The notes beneath the pieces are model-generated. The model searched no databases. It was given only the letters and a program-made list of their open reading frames with translations, and had not been told where the DNA came from. Below, piece by piece: positions 1 to 11,077 of a DNA stretch of 64,000 nucleotides. Numbering within the stretch: position 1 is the first letter of the stretch; each line of letters starts with the position of its first letter. Source of the DNA: Chiloscyllium plagiosum (Eukaryota); assembly GCF_004010195.1 (NCBI RefSeq), contig NC_057757.1, positions 7,083,402-7,147,401 on the forward strand. The letters run 5' to 3'. The position numbers were made by a program, and so were the translations under genes.

Positions 1-503
1 TCTTATTTTTCCCTTTATTCTAAAGATGTGCAGATTAGTTGGATTGGCCATTGCCATGGTGTCCAGGCTGGGTGGGTTAGTCATGGGGAAGGCAGGGGTT
101 ACAGGGATAATGGTGGTGTTTGGCTGGGACACTCTTCAGAGGGTCGGTGTGGACTCGGTGGGCCGAATGGCCTGCTTCCGCAATGCAGGGATTAATGGGA
201 GGAAATCTCGCTCGGTCTGACCGAGATGGGGTCTACCCAGCCTCTGGGATGGCCAAGTAAGCCAGGTCAGTTCGAGGGACACGCTGTAACTGATGGCCCG
301 GGTCCCAGGAGATGTTGGCAGCCGCGGGATTCGAATCCCCTCCCCCCTCACTGGTTCCGGTCACTGCAGACTCTCTGGGAGCTGCCCCCTTGCTCCATGC
401 ATGGTGTGGTGGTGTTGGAGGATGCACAGTTGGAGAGCAGAATAAATAGAGATTAGCGATGAACAGCTGTTAGGACCAGAGGAGCATGCAATTACACTCC
501 TTC

Positions 504-798
504 GTGGTGGCTCAGTGGTTAGCACTGCTGTCTTTCACCGTTAGAGACCCAGGTTCTAATTCTATCCGTGGGTGATATCTGTGTGGAGTTTCCACATTCT
601 CCCTTTGTCTGCGTGGGTTTCCCCTGAATGCTCCAGGTTCCTCCCACAATCCAAAGATGAGCAGGTTAGGGTGCATTAGTCAGGGGTAGATGTAGAATAA
701 TAGGGTAGGGCAATGGGTCTGGGTCGAATTTTCTTCGGAAGGTCAGTGTGGACTTGTTGGACCGAAGGGCCTGTTTCCACGCTGTCGTGATTCTATGA
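504..798 (+). mobile_element. HE1-type V-SINE
   Basis: tRNA head gtggctcagtggttagcactgctg, V-domain tgtgtggagttt..ttctcccc..tctgcgtgggtttcc and CR1-like tail gaagggcctgtttcc. A further partial copy lies at 1-192. Confidence 0.85.
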
Positions 799-1581
799 CA
801 TTCACTGTCCGTGCTCAGGAAGTCAGCCCCACTTCATTAAATATTAATAATCTGGACTCGGTTTTAGAGGGTGAAATTCCAAAGTTAACGATAATGGGAA
901 TATCATAAATAATAAAGAAAACAATGGACATGGTGCAACAGGCCGATATGTGACAGTTGAATCATAAAGTTCGACGGCAGAGAAAAAAATCCCCCTTTCG
1001 CTCACCACCTCTGCACAGTCAAAAACCCTCACCTTGCAATTCTCTAATCCCATGTTCTAGCACTCAGCCCATAGCAAATGCACATCTAAATGCCACTTAA
1101 CATTACAAGGATTTCTGCCTCCACCACCCTTACAGGCACTGAGTTCCAGATTCCCCTTCACCCTCTTGGTTTAAAATGTTCTTTCTTTCCCTCAGGTTTC
1201 TTTTATGTTAAATTTATGCCAGACAAAAACTGCTCATGCTAGAGATCAGAAACAAACACAAGAATTGCTGGAAAAGCTAAGCAGGTCTGGGCTGCGTCAT
1301 CATTGATTCATCCGCCTTGGGGAAAAGTTCTTTCCTGTCTCCTCTATCCATGTCCCTCAGCTCAATCACGTAACCCCTTCCATCTCTTCTGCCCTAAGCA
1401 AAATAACCCAGTCGGTCCAATCTCTCTTCATAACTGAAACTCTCCAGCCCATCCTGGTAAATCTCTCTTCTGGTGCTATCCATTCCCCTTCCTATAATGG
1501 GGATTCTAAAACTACACACAACTGTAGCCTAGCCAACATTTTAGACAACCCCAGCACTTAAACTCTGTGCCTCGACCAATG

Positions 1582-1807
1582 CAGGTAGCCCCCACTATCT
1601 GAAAGTAGAGTGTTCCCATAAAACCTTTCATAAGCCAAAATGGCGTAGGGTAAGGAAGAATTAATTTTATGGGAAAATTTCGCCTTTTCTCGTAAAAGCG
1701 AAAAACCTCTTCAGATTTCTTTCAGTTAGCGAAAACAGGTACTAATGTAGGTATTTTGTAAAAGCGAAGTGGCGTAAAGCGAACTTTCAAAAAGCAGGGG
1801 ATACCTG
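1582..1807. mobile_element. Tc1/mariner-pogo (Tigger)-type MITE
   Basis: TIRs caggtagcccccactatctgaaagt and (reverse complement) caggtatcccctgctttttgaaagt; flanked by TG and TA; interrupts a CR1 fragment. Confidence 0.75.
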
Positions 1808-2637
1808 TAAAGGTAAATATCCTATATGCCTCTTAACCATTTTATTCAACTGTCCCAATACCTTAAGGGACCAGTAGACACGCACCCTCTCTGATCCTCA
1901 ATGTTCCCCAGGGTCCTATCATTTATCATGCATTCCCTTGCCTGGTTGGTCCTGCCCAAGGCCAGAGATAAAGGCCAGAGCCCCTCAAAACATTTTTAGA
2001 AGGTAGCCCAGACCCTAACTTTTCGAGTTGTTTCAGGCAGATGTTCAGGTGGATATTCCAGGAGGGATGCAGCTGGTCAAACCAATTGGCTTTAAGTAAA
2101 ATAATTTATTTAGAAGGAAACACAAGCAAAAAATAAGAAATTAGAATCATAATGAATTGAAAACCCATCCAACACGATATCCCCTGAACTTAACAAAGGG
2201 TTGTTCTGAGTTCCTGCAACATCTCATAAACACACCCCTTGGCAAAAAAGGTACATTCAAACATAGGTTCTTTCAGAAAAGGGAGAGAGATGGCAGAGAG
2301 GATCAGCTGGGAATCATTGGCTGAAACATGGAACCTCTTCTCATTCCAGCAGCTACTCTAGGTCCCCAGCCAAAACTAAATCAAACTAGAAAAGTCCCTG
2401 AACTGGGAGAATTGGCCCTTTCATTGTACAACTCTTTAAAAAAAACCCTAAAAGTCCTTTTCCCTATTTGTTGCCTTAGGCAATATCTATTAGCCATAAG
2501 CAAAAGTGGCCTACACCCAGACAAATCGGAACCTCTGCTTTTTACAACCCCTTCTGAAAAAAAAACCCAAAGGACAACACAACCTTGTTAAAGGAACAGC
2601 ATGGTCACACCAAGTAGATCACTTCCCTCTTATCCAG

Positions 2638-2692
2638 ATGGAATTCCATTCGCCACTGATCAATGACTGTCTGTTCAGTGCAGTACGCTGCA
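2638..2692 (+). CDS. Possible small internal exon of the same unidentified gene
   Basis: cttccctcttatccag|ATGGAATTC...CGCTGCA|gtaagg, reading MEFHSPLINDCLFSAVRC; ends in phase 1, compatible with the exon at 8073. Confidence 0.25.
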
Positions 2693-2949
2693 GTAAGGCT
2701 GTCAGATCCAAGAGAGGCAATAAAATAACAACAGTACATCTTGAAAGGAGCTGACAAACATTAAAATTCAACGCACATAAACCTTTGAAGGTGGAGAGAG
2801 AGTGGATGTGAAGACCACTGAAAAGGAAAGACCCCTTATGATCCCTGGTTTTGTTGACAAGAATGCAAAACCAAGAGATTCCTATGTTCTCTAGAAAGGG
2901 TGGAGAAGCCTCCCAGAGAGATTTACTGGAATGATCCCTTTTTAAAAAG

Positions 2950-3291
2950 TCATTCACAGGATGAGGGCATCGCTGGCTAGGCCAGCATTTATTGTCTATC
3001 CCCAATTGCCCAGAGGGCAGTTGAGTCAACCACATTGCTGTGGGTTGGAGTCACATGTAGACCAGACCAGGTAAGGATGGCAATTTCCTTCTCCAAAGAA
3101 CATTAATGAATCAGATGAGTTTTTCCTGATATATTGACTCATGGTCATCATTAGATTCATAATTCCAGATTTTTATTGAATTCAAATTCCACCATCTGCT
3201 GTGGTAGGCTTCAAATCCAGGGGTCCCTGGAATATTATCTGGATCTCTGGATTAACAGTCCGGTGATAATACCGCTTGGTCATTGCCTCCC
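2950..3291 (-). mobile_element. tRNA-headed SINE (SacSINE1/Deu-like) sharing head and tail with the 51-53.8 kb LINE
   Basis: tRNA-like head, core gcaatgtggttgactc..ctgccctctg, tail ggcaattggggatagacaataaatgctggcctagccagc. Other copies at 23760-24110 (-), 26598-26922 (+) and 62243-62375 (+, partial). Confidence 0.7.
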
Positions 3292-3924
3292 CTTAATCCC
3301 CTGGGATTTTATTTACCTAGAGAGACTGAAAACATTGGGAGATTATTAACTTGAGAACCAGGAAGATTTAAAGTTTGACTGAAGTGTTCGAAATTCTGAA
3401 CAATGTGAAAACATTTCCATTCCCCTGAGGGCTGGTAATGAAAGCATACACCTTTAAGCCACTTGAACAGAAGAACCAGACATCTTGAAGAATCATTAAA
3501 ATAAAACCATCATAAAGAGGCAAGAACTGAAATTGCTGGAGAAACTCAGCAAGTCTGGTAGTATGTATGGGGAGAAAGTAGAGCTAACATATCAAGTCTA
3601 GTGACTCTCCTTCAGACCTATTTTACTGGAGAATTGTTATGGTGTGCAGTGAGTTGGAATGCGATGCCTGAAAGGGTTCAGGAAGCAGATTCAGTAGCAG
3701 CTTTCAAAAGGGGGACAATGGATAAGTACTTGAACAGGAAGGAACTAGTGGGGACATTGCAGAGCAGTGGGATCAGTTAGCTAACTTCCACCAAAGAACC
3801 AGAACAAAGTCAATGGGTTGAATGGCCTCCTATACCTTTCTGTTGGTAATGCATTGGTTATTGTCTGTACATCTCTTGAATTGAAATCAAATCATGCTTT
3901 GACCTGGGAAGGAGTCTACGTTTT

Positions 3925-4161
3925 CACACACACGCATACACACCCTCTCCTACACGCTCACACGCACACACACTCATACAAATACACATACACACTCACT
4001 CACAAATACACACACACTCTCATACTCACACATATATGCACACACACTCTCATACCCATACACACAGACACACTCACTCACACAGACAAACTCACACACA
4101 TACACACATCACTCACACATACTCTCATATACACTTGCACACACACACTCACACACACACC
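3925..4161. repeat. (CA)n-rich microsatellite
   Basis: Visible composition. Confidence 0.9.
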
Positions 4162-5344
4162 CAGGACTATCCTGTGCCAATGTCCTTCACCCCAGAAAGA
4201 CCTGTGTAACACACCAATTGATCTAATTGGTTTATGTCAACATCTGTCGTCCAATCCTGTCAGGACCTCATTCTCCCGGATGTGTTTATCTCATACCTTA
4301 ATGTGGCCACATGCTTGTGTAGCCTGGAACTATTACAGGATGTCCCATCACATGACTGACCAGAAATCTCTGCTTCTCCTACTGTCTGGCCTTGCAGTTA
4401 GGATTTGCACATTGGTCCTCAACCTGGCTCCATTATCAGCAAACTTCTTTTTCTTGTAACCCTTTGCAAAAACCTACCAATGGAAAATTTCAAGCCTATT
4501 ATCACTAGGTTTTGGTTAGGCATGATAAGATCCCAAGACAAAGTTGGAGATGGTACACAAATCTGCCCAGGATCCCGCTGAAATACAGAAGAAGTTCAGA
4601 GGGGCTGACTGGCCTGCTTCTGTCTTTAGATTTTGAAACTCTATATTATTATCCTACGTTCTGTCAACCTGGTAAAACTGTCACTGGAGGATCTTTAAAC
4701 CAATCTGTTTCACTCAGAGGGTGGTATGTGTATGGAATGAGCTGCTAGAGGAAGTGGTGGAGGCTGGTACAATTATAACATTTAAAAGGCATCTGGATGG
4801 GTATATGAATAGGAAGGGATTGGAGGGATATGGGCCAAATGCTGGCAAATGGGACTAGGTAAAGTTAGGATATCTGGTCAGTATGGACCGGCTGGACCGA
4901 AGGATTTGTTTCCATGCTGTACATCTCTAATACTCTGTGTTACTACACACCTCTGGAGCAGGTGGGACTTGAACCCAAGTCTTACTAGCTTTGGGGTAGG
5001 GCTGCTGCCAACATACCTTCAAACACGCCCTTCTCTGTCCACAACTGATCAGACTCCTACCATCAGAGGATTGAACCCTGCTTTCCCCACATACTTGGCA
5101 GGAATACTAATTACTATACCAAAGCTTAGCAGTGACTCAAACATGTGCCATAAAAATAGTAAGACTAGTTATGGCCATTTCTAAGCATTAATCACAGAAT
5201 CACAGGATATAGAAGAAGTCTCTCAATCCCTTGATTCTGCACTGACAAAAACGACTCCAAAAAATCTACAAATGACTTTCCTGTACTCAGCTCATAGCCT
5301 TTAATGTTATGAAACTGTGACTTCAAGAGTTGGGACTTCATGTT

Positions 5345-6100
5345 ATAGAGTCACAGAGTCATAGACATGTACAGCACGGAAACAGACCCTTTGGTCCAAT
5401 TTGTCCATGCCGACCAGATAACCCAACCCAATCTAGTCCCACCTGCCAGCACCAGGCCCATATCCCTCCAAATCCTTCCTGTTCATATACCCATCCAGAT
5501 GCCTTTTAAATGTTGCCATTGTACCAGTCTTCACCACTTCCTCTGGCAGCTCATTTCATACACCCACCACCTTCTGCGTGAAAAATCTGCTCCTTAGGTC
5601 TCTTTTAAATCTTTCCCCTCTCACCTGAAACCTATGCCCTCTAGTTCTGGACTCCCCCACCCTAGGGAAAAAACCTTGTCTATTTACTCTTTCTTTGCCC
5701 CTCATGATTTTGTAAACCTCTATAAGGTTTACAAAATCATGAGGGGCTCCAGGGAAAACAGCCCTAGCCTGTTCAGCCCCTCCCTATAGCTGAAATCCTC
5801 CAATCCTGGCAACATCCTTGTAAATCTTTTCTGAACCCTTTCAAGTTTCACAACATCTTTCCGATAGGAAGGAGACCAGAATTGCACGCAATATTCCAAC
5901 AGTGGTCTAATCAATGTCCTGTACAGCCGCAACATGACCTCCCAACTCCTGTACTCAATACTCTGACCAATAAAGGAAAGCATACCAAACGCCTTCTTCA
6001 CTATCGTATTTACCTGCAACTCTACTTTCAAGGAGCTATGAACCTGCACTCCAAGGTCTCTTTGTTCAGCAACACTCCCTAGGACTTTACCATTAAGTGT
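5345..6100 (-). mobile_element. 5'-truncated CR1/HER1-type LINE
   Basis: ORF 5729-6049 RLYRTLIRPLLEYCVQFWSP..LERVQKRFTRMLPGL; tail (ctatgact)n. Confidence 0.92.
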
Positions 6101-6945
6101 CTGTGAGATAGAGTGTATATGTGTGCGTGAGTGTGAGTGTAAAGGGGTCTAAGTTTCTGAGAGAGTGCATGTGTGACTGTGGGAGTGTGTGCATTTGTAG
6201 GAGTGTGTGTGTGTTCCGTAATCCTTTTGGGATCTTTCCTGCCTGTCTGCATTTCTGTAGGAACTTGCGATGTTCAAGGAGATCCTCTCCACTTTAAGCC
6301 AGCAGTTAGTGGTGTCGATAATAGTCGTGATTTGGACACACACTCCTACAGACACACACACTCCCACACACACTCACATGCACCGTCTCACAGACTTAGA
6401 CCCCTTTATATTCACACACACACATATACACTCTTTCTCACAGATACTCATAACTCCCCACCCCAGATACATACACACACATATACGTTTGTGGGGTGAA
6501 TTTGTACTTGCAGAGTTACATTGTACTTTGCTCAAGAACTGCATGAATCCATGTAAGACTCTGTTAACTCATATTTTAGATTAGAATCAGTCTAAACATT
6601 ATGGCACAGACAGCAGCACACAGGGGGCTAACACCTTCAACACATTATCTGGGCTGACACCAATTGTTAAAGTTCACCTGAGAATGTAACTTTTAAAAAA
6701 AGTTTTGTGATTTACATATGAAAGAAGTGAAACTAACATGGTCATTCTAACAGATGAGAGACTTAACAAACAAAGTATTTTTCAATGTATAATTTCAGTT
6801 ACATCACACTGTAAACTTTTGCTATAAATTCTGTGTCTTACAATTGTGTACTCCATAACCACCTGATGAAGGAGCAGTGCTCCAAAAGCTAGTGCTCCCA
6901 AATAAACCTGTTGGACTTTAACTTGGTGTTGTGTGATTTTTAACT
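6100..6945 (+). mobile_element. Penelope-derived non-autonomous element with an internal inverted repeat
   Basis: Ends cacctgatgaaggagcagtgctccaaaagctagtg..ggtgttgtgtgatttttaac; about 110-bp inverted repeat at 6100-6212 and 6336-6444. Related ends at 29405-29590 (-) and 34997-35085 (-). Confidence 0.65.
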
Positions 6946-7167
6946 TTATACACTTCAAGTGCTCACCCAAGTACTTTTTAAAGGTTGTGAGGTTTCCCGA
7001 TTCAGCTACCCTCACAAGCCTGTTAATATTGTGTTCAGTTCTGAAGTATCGTCTTTGGATTCTCAATGTTAACTTGCTTTCTCTCTCCACAGTGCTGCCA
7101 GGTTTGCTGAGTTTTTCCAGCACTTTCTGGTTTATTTTAGTTTTAGATCAGCAGTATTTTCCTTTAG

Positions 7168-7920
7168 GGATGGCATGGTGGTTAGCATTGCTGCCTGACA
7201 GTGCCAGGGACCCAGGTTTGATTCCTGCCTGGCGTGACTACCTGCATGGGGTTTGCGCATTCTCCCCATGTCTGCATGGGTTTCCTCCCATGTGCCAAAT
7301 ACATGTGAGTTAGGTGGATCAGGCATGTTAAAATGGACTATGGTATTCCAGGTTGTGTGGGTTAACCATGGGCATAGTGTAGTGGGTTGGAATGGTCTTT
7401 AGAGGCCCAGTGTGGGCTGAATGGCCCATGTGGGTTTGCTCTGGTTCTCTCCCACACTCCCATTGTCATAGAGTACTGAAACAGACTGCTCAGTTTTGCC
7501 AATCCACTCTGAACATAATCCCAAAACAAATAATTACCCATGGGAAATGGATGCGGATGGATCTGTGATTAGATTAGATTCCCTTCAGTATGGGAACAGG
7601 CCCTTCAGCCCATCAAGTCCACACCAACCCTCTGAAGAGTAACCCACCCACACCTGTATTTAGCCCTAACACTATGGGCAATTTAACATGGCCAATTCAC
7701 CTGGCCTGCGGGGAGGAAACCAGAACACTCAGGAAACCCATGCAGGCACAGGGAAAACGTGCAAACTCCACACAGACAGTTACCCGAGGCAGGGATTGAA
7801 CCCAAGTCCCTGGCACTGTGCTCAGTGGTTAGCACTCTGGGTGCTCAGTGGTTAGCACTCTGGGTGGGATTGTTGGTGTCGACTTGATCGCCTGCTCCTG
7901 TGCTGTCGGGATTCTATGGT
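7168..7920. mobile_element. Cluster of HE1-type SINE copies (+ 7168-7430; - 7570-7820; + fragment to 7920)
   Basis: Same head and V-domain motifs in both orientations; small tandem duplication of gtgctcagtggttagcactctgg. Confidence 0.75.
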
Positions 7921-8072
7921 CTGTGGTATTTGCTTTGTTCTGTCTTTAATTGTTCCCCACCACCCCAAGAAGCTCAAAGAACAATTTATTAAATTTTCCA
8001 ATAAATCACGTTCATCATCAAAGGGATTGTTACTTCCTTGGTGTGGTCATTGACCTCGATCATTGTTTGCAG

Positions 8073-8200
8073 AATGGCAAGCACAGGTGATGCGTGGGAC
8101 TGAGCGCAGCACAGAATGGAGCGTCGAGGAACTGGTTGATGAGGTGATGGCGCGATCTGAGTCTGAGTTTCTCACCCAAGGAGGGGATGCTACAGCCTAA
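8073..8200 (+). CDS. Candidate terminal coding exon of an unidentified upstream gene
   Basis: Acceptor cattgtttgcag|, open phase-1 frame (x)WQAQVMRGTERSTEWSVEELVDEVMARSESEFLTQGGDATA*, then about 500 nt of repeat-free sequence with AATAAA at 8686 and 8719. No homologue recognised. Confidence 0.45.
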
Positions 8201-8924
8201 GGATTGAATCTCAGCCAAAGACACCAGGTCATTCATTAACAGAACAGCTTCTGCGGCCTCACTTTCTCACAAGAAGTTGGCCTTGATCAGTTTCCATGAA
8301 ACCAGAACAGACGTCATTCATTACGAGCTGATAATTGCCCGTGTTAATCAGTTACAGCAAAGAAAGGCATGGTAGTATCATCTGACAAGGCAAATATTGA
8401 CCTAGCCTTTGTGTTAATGGATAACGCCAAGAATCGAACTCATTGGCACCGTGAAATTGCAGACTACGTACTGTCTGCTGTACCTCGTATTCTGTGCCGA
8501 CTCACGAACAATCTATTGATGTGTCCATACAGAGTTGCCCTTGTGCCATCCCTCTACGTTGATTGTTAGTAAATAGTGTAGTCGCGATAAAATAGTCGTA
8601 GAATTAGTGACAGCAATTACAACAACTAAAGTTCGCACAATGTCTTTAAGATAGTAGAATGTTCCAAGACCCTTTGCAGTGACAGAATAAATCATCTTAA
8701 TTTTAAACGTAATTCTTAAATAAAATGTCATCTGGGTGGAGGGAAGTGATGTAGGTTTTTTTTATTCATTCATGGGAACCAGACATCGCTGGCTGGGCCA
8801 ACGAATATTGCCTGTCCCTAATTGCCCCTATCTTGAATTGCTGCATTCTGTGTGTTGCAGGGACACCCGCGGTGTTGTTACTGGAGTTCCAGGATTTTGA
8901 CCCATCCGTGGCGAAAGACTTTAA

Positions 8925-9236
8925 GTGGCTCAGTGGTTAGCACTGCTGCCTCACAGCACCAATGTCTCAGGTTCCATTCCAGCCTTGAGCAACTGTTTGT
9001 GTGGAGTTTGCACATTCTCCCTGTGTCTGTGTGGGTTTTCTCCGGGTGCTCTGGTTTCCTCCCACAGTCACAAAGATGTGCAGGTCAGGTGAATTGGCCA
9101 TGGGAAATTGCCCATAGTGTTAGGTGTATCAGTCAGCGGGAAATGGGTCTGGGTGGGTTACTCTTTGTAGGGTCGGTTTGGACTGGTTGGGTTGAAGGGC
9201 CTGTTCCCACACTGTAGGGAATCTAATCTAATCTAA
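8925..9236 (+). mobile_element. HE1-type V-SINE
   Basis: Head, V-domain and (ATCTA)n tail. Confidence 0.88.
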
Positions 9237-10773
9237 GCAAAGACATGAATTTCCAGGAGTGATTGAAAGGAAAAATGAAGGACAGTGAGGCTGTGAGATT
9301 GAGGAAGTTGGGGGGGAGGGGCTGGGTGATGAAGGGACTGAGAGAGTTCAGAGCCCAGGTATCTTGAGACCACAGCTTCCCTTGCTGGAACGATTGTAAC
9401 TGGAAGAGACTGGAATTAGTAGAGGGCAGAGATTTCAGAGGGTTGCTGGGGTGGCAGGTCATTAGACATTGGAGGCGGGAGACCAGAGAGGGATTTGAAA
9501 GCGAGGATGGGAATTTTAGAGTTCAAGGCTTGCTCAGACAGGATACATTGTAGATCAGGGTGCAGTGGGGTGATGGTTAAATGGGATTTACTGCAGCCTT
9601 CTAGATGGCTTCAAGTTTACAGAGAGTAGAACATGGGTGTCCAGCAGAGAGAGTCCAGTTTGTGGGAGTAAAGGAATAGAGGTGGACTTCAGGAGCACGT
9701 GAACATACGTGGTCAGCTCAGAGTAGAGTCTGAGTTATCGGGTGAGGTTGGACCAGCTAGGACTTTTTTTTCTTCAGAGTGTAGGAGACCAAGGTGGGAT
9801 TTTACAGAAGTGTGTAAGATCACGAGAGACATGGATAGGGTGAATGCACTCAGTCTTTTTCCCAAGGTTGGGAAATCGAGGACTAGGTGGCATCAGTTTA
9901 AGGTTAGAGGGAAAGAATAACAGGGAACCTGAGGGGCAACATTTTTATGCAGAGAGTGGTACACATATGGAATGAGCTACCAACGGAAGTAGTTGAGGTA
10001 GGTACATTAACAACATTTAAAGGGCATTTGGACAAATACATGGATAGGAAAGGATTAGAAGGATATGGGCCAAATGCAGGGAAATGGGGTTAGCGTGGAT
10101 GGATACTTTGGTCAGCATGGACCAGTTTAGGCTGAAGGGCCTGTCTCTGTGCTGTAGGACTCTATGACTCAAGTCCTGGAGTCACATGTAGGCCAGATGT
10201 TCCTTCCCTAAAATATTTAGTGATTTGGACAATCATTGAGTGATCATCATTCCCAAGAACCATTAGAATCCCTACTGTGTGGAAGCAGGCCATTCGGCCC
10301 ATCTGGTCCACAAGGACCCTCCGCGGAGCATCACACCCACATACATTCCCACCCTCCTAACCCTGTAACCATAACAACGGGGTTAACTCTGAAATGGCCC
10401 AATCAGCCACCTCAGTTCAAGGGAAACCTGGGATGGTCACAAGCCAGGAAAAGAACAAAGAGAAATACGTAAGTTGAGGTGAAACCCATGCTAAAAAAAT
10501 TCGGCCCAACAGTCTCCTTGCCTACTCATGACCTGATGATGAGTTCAGTAAATTGGGTGTTCTGACTGCAAACGTTCTGGGTTATGCTGGTTTAGGATAT
10601 TATTAAAGTGGACAGATTCAGAAAAGATTTGAGTATAGGAGTTGGGGTGTCATGTTGAGGTTGTACAGGGCGTTGGTGAGGCCAGTTTTGGACTACTATG
10701 TTCAGTCCTGTTATAGGAAGGATATTATTAAATTGGAGAGGGTTCGGAAAAGATTTACCAAGATGTTGCTAAG

Positions 10774-11077
10774 TTAGCATTGCTGCCTCACAGTGCCAGG
10801 GACCTGGGTTCAATCCCAGCCTTGGGCGACAATCTGTGTGGAGTTTGCACATTCTGCCCGTATCTGTGTGGGTTTCCTCTGGGTGTTATAGTTTCATCAC
10901 ATACTCCAAAGATGTGCAGGTTAGGTGAATTGACCATGCTAAATTGCCCCATAGTGTTCAGTAAAGTGTAGGTCAGGGGTAAATGTAGAGGAATGGGTTT
11001 GGGTAGAATACTCTTCAGAGGGTTGGTGTGGACTTGTTGGGCTGAAGAGCCTGTTTCCACACTATAGGGATTCTATA
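10774..11077 (+). mobile_element. HE1-type V-SINE nested in a CR1 fragment (10605-11205)
   Basis: SINE motifs flanked on both sides by CR1 ORF2 3' sequence. Confidence 0.8.

Noticed and set aside
226..262. Possible exon ending GGCCAA|gtaagc
   Set aside because: Good donor but no convincing acceptor or recognisable frame.
504..570. tRNA gene calls at SINE heads
   Set aside because: A and B boxes continue into the V-domain and a LINE-like tail, so these are SINEs, not tRNAs.
1970..2610. Possible solo LTR (similar candidates at 47220-48290 and 35845-36065)
   Set aside because: LTR-like composition only; no paired TG..CA ends, TSD or internal domains could be established by eye.
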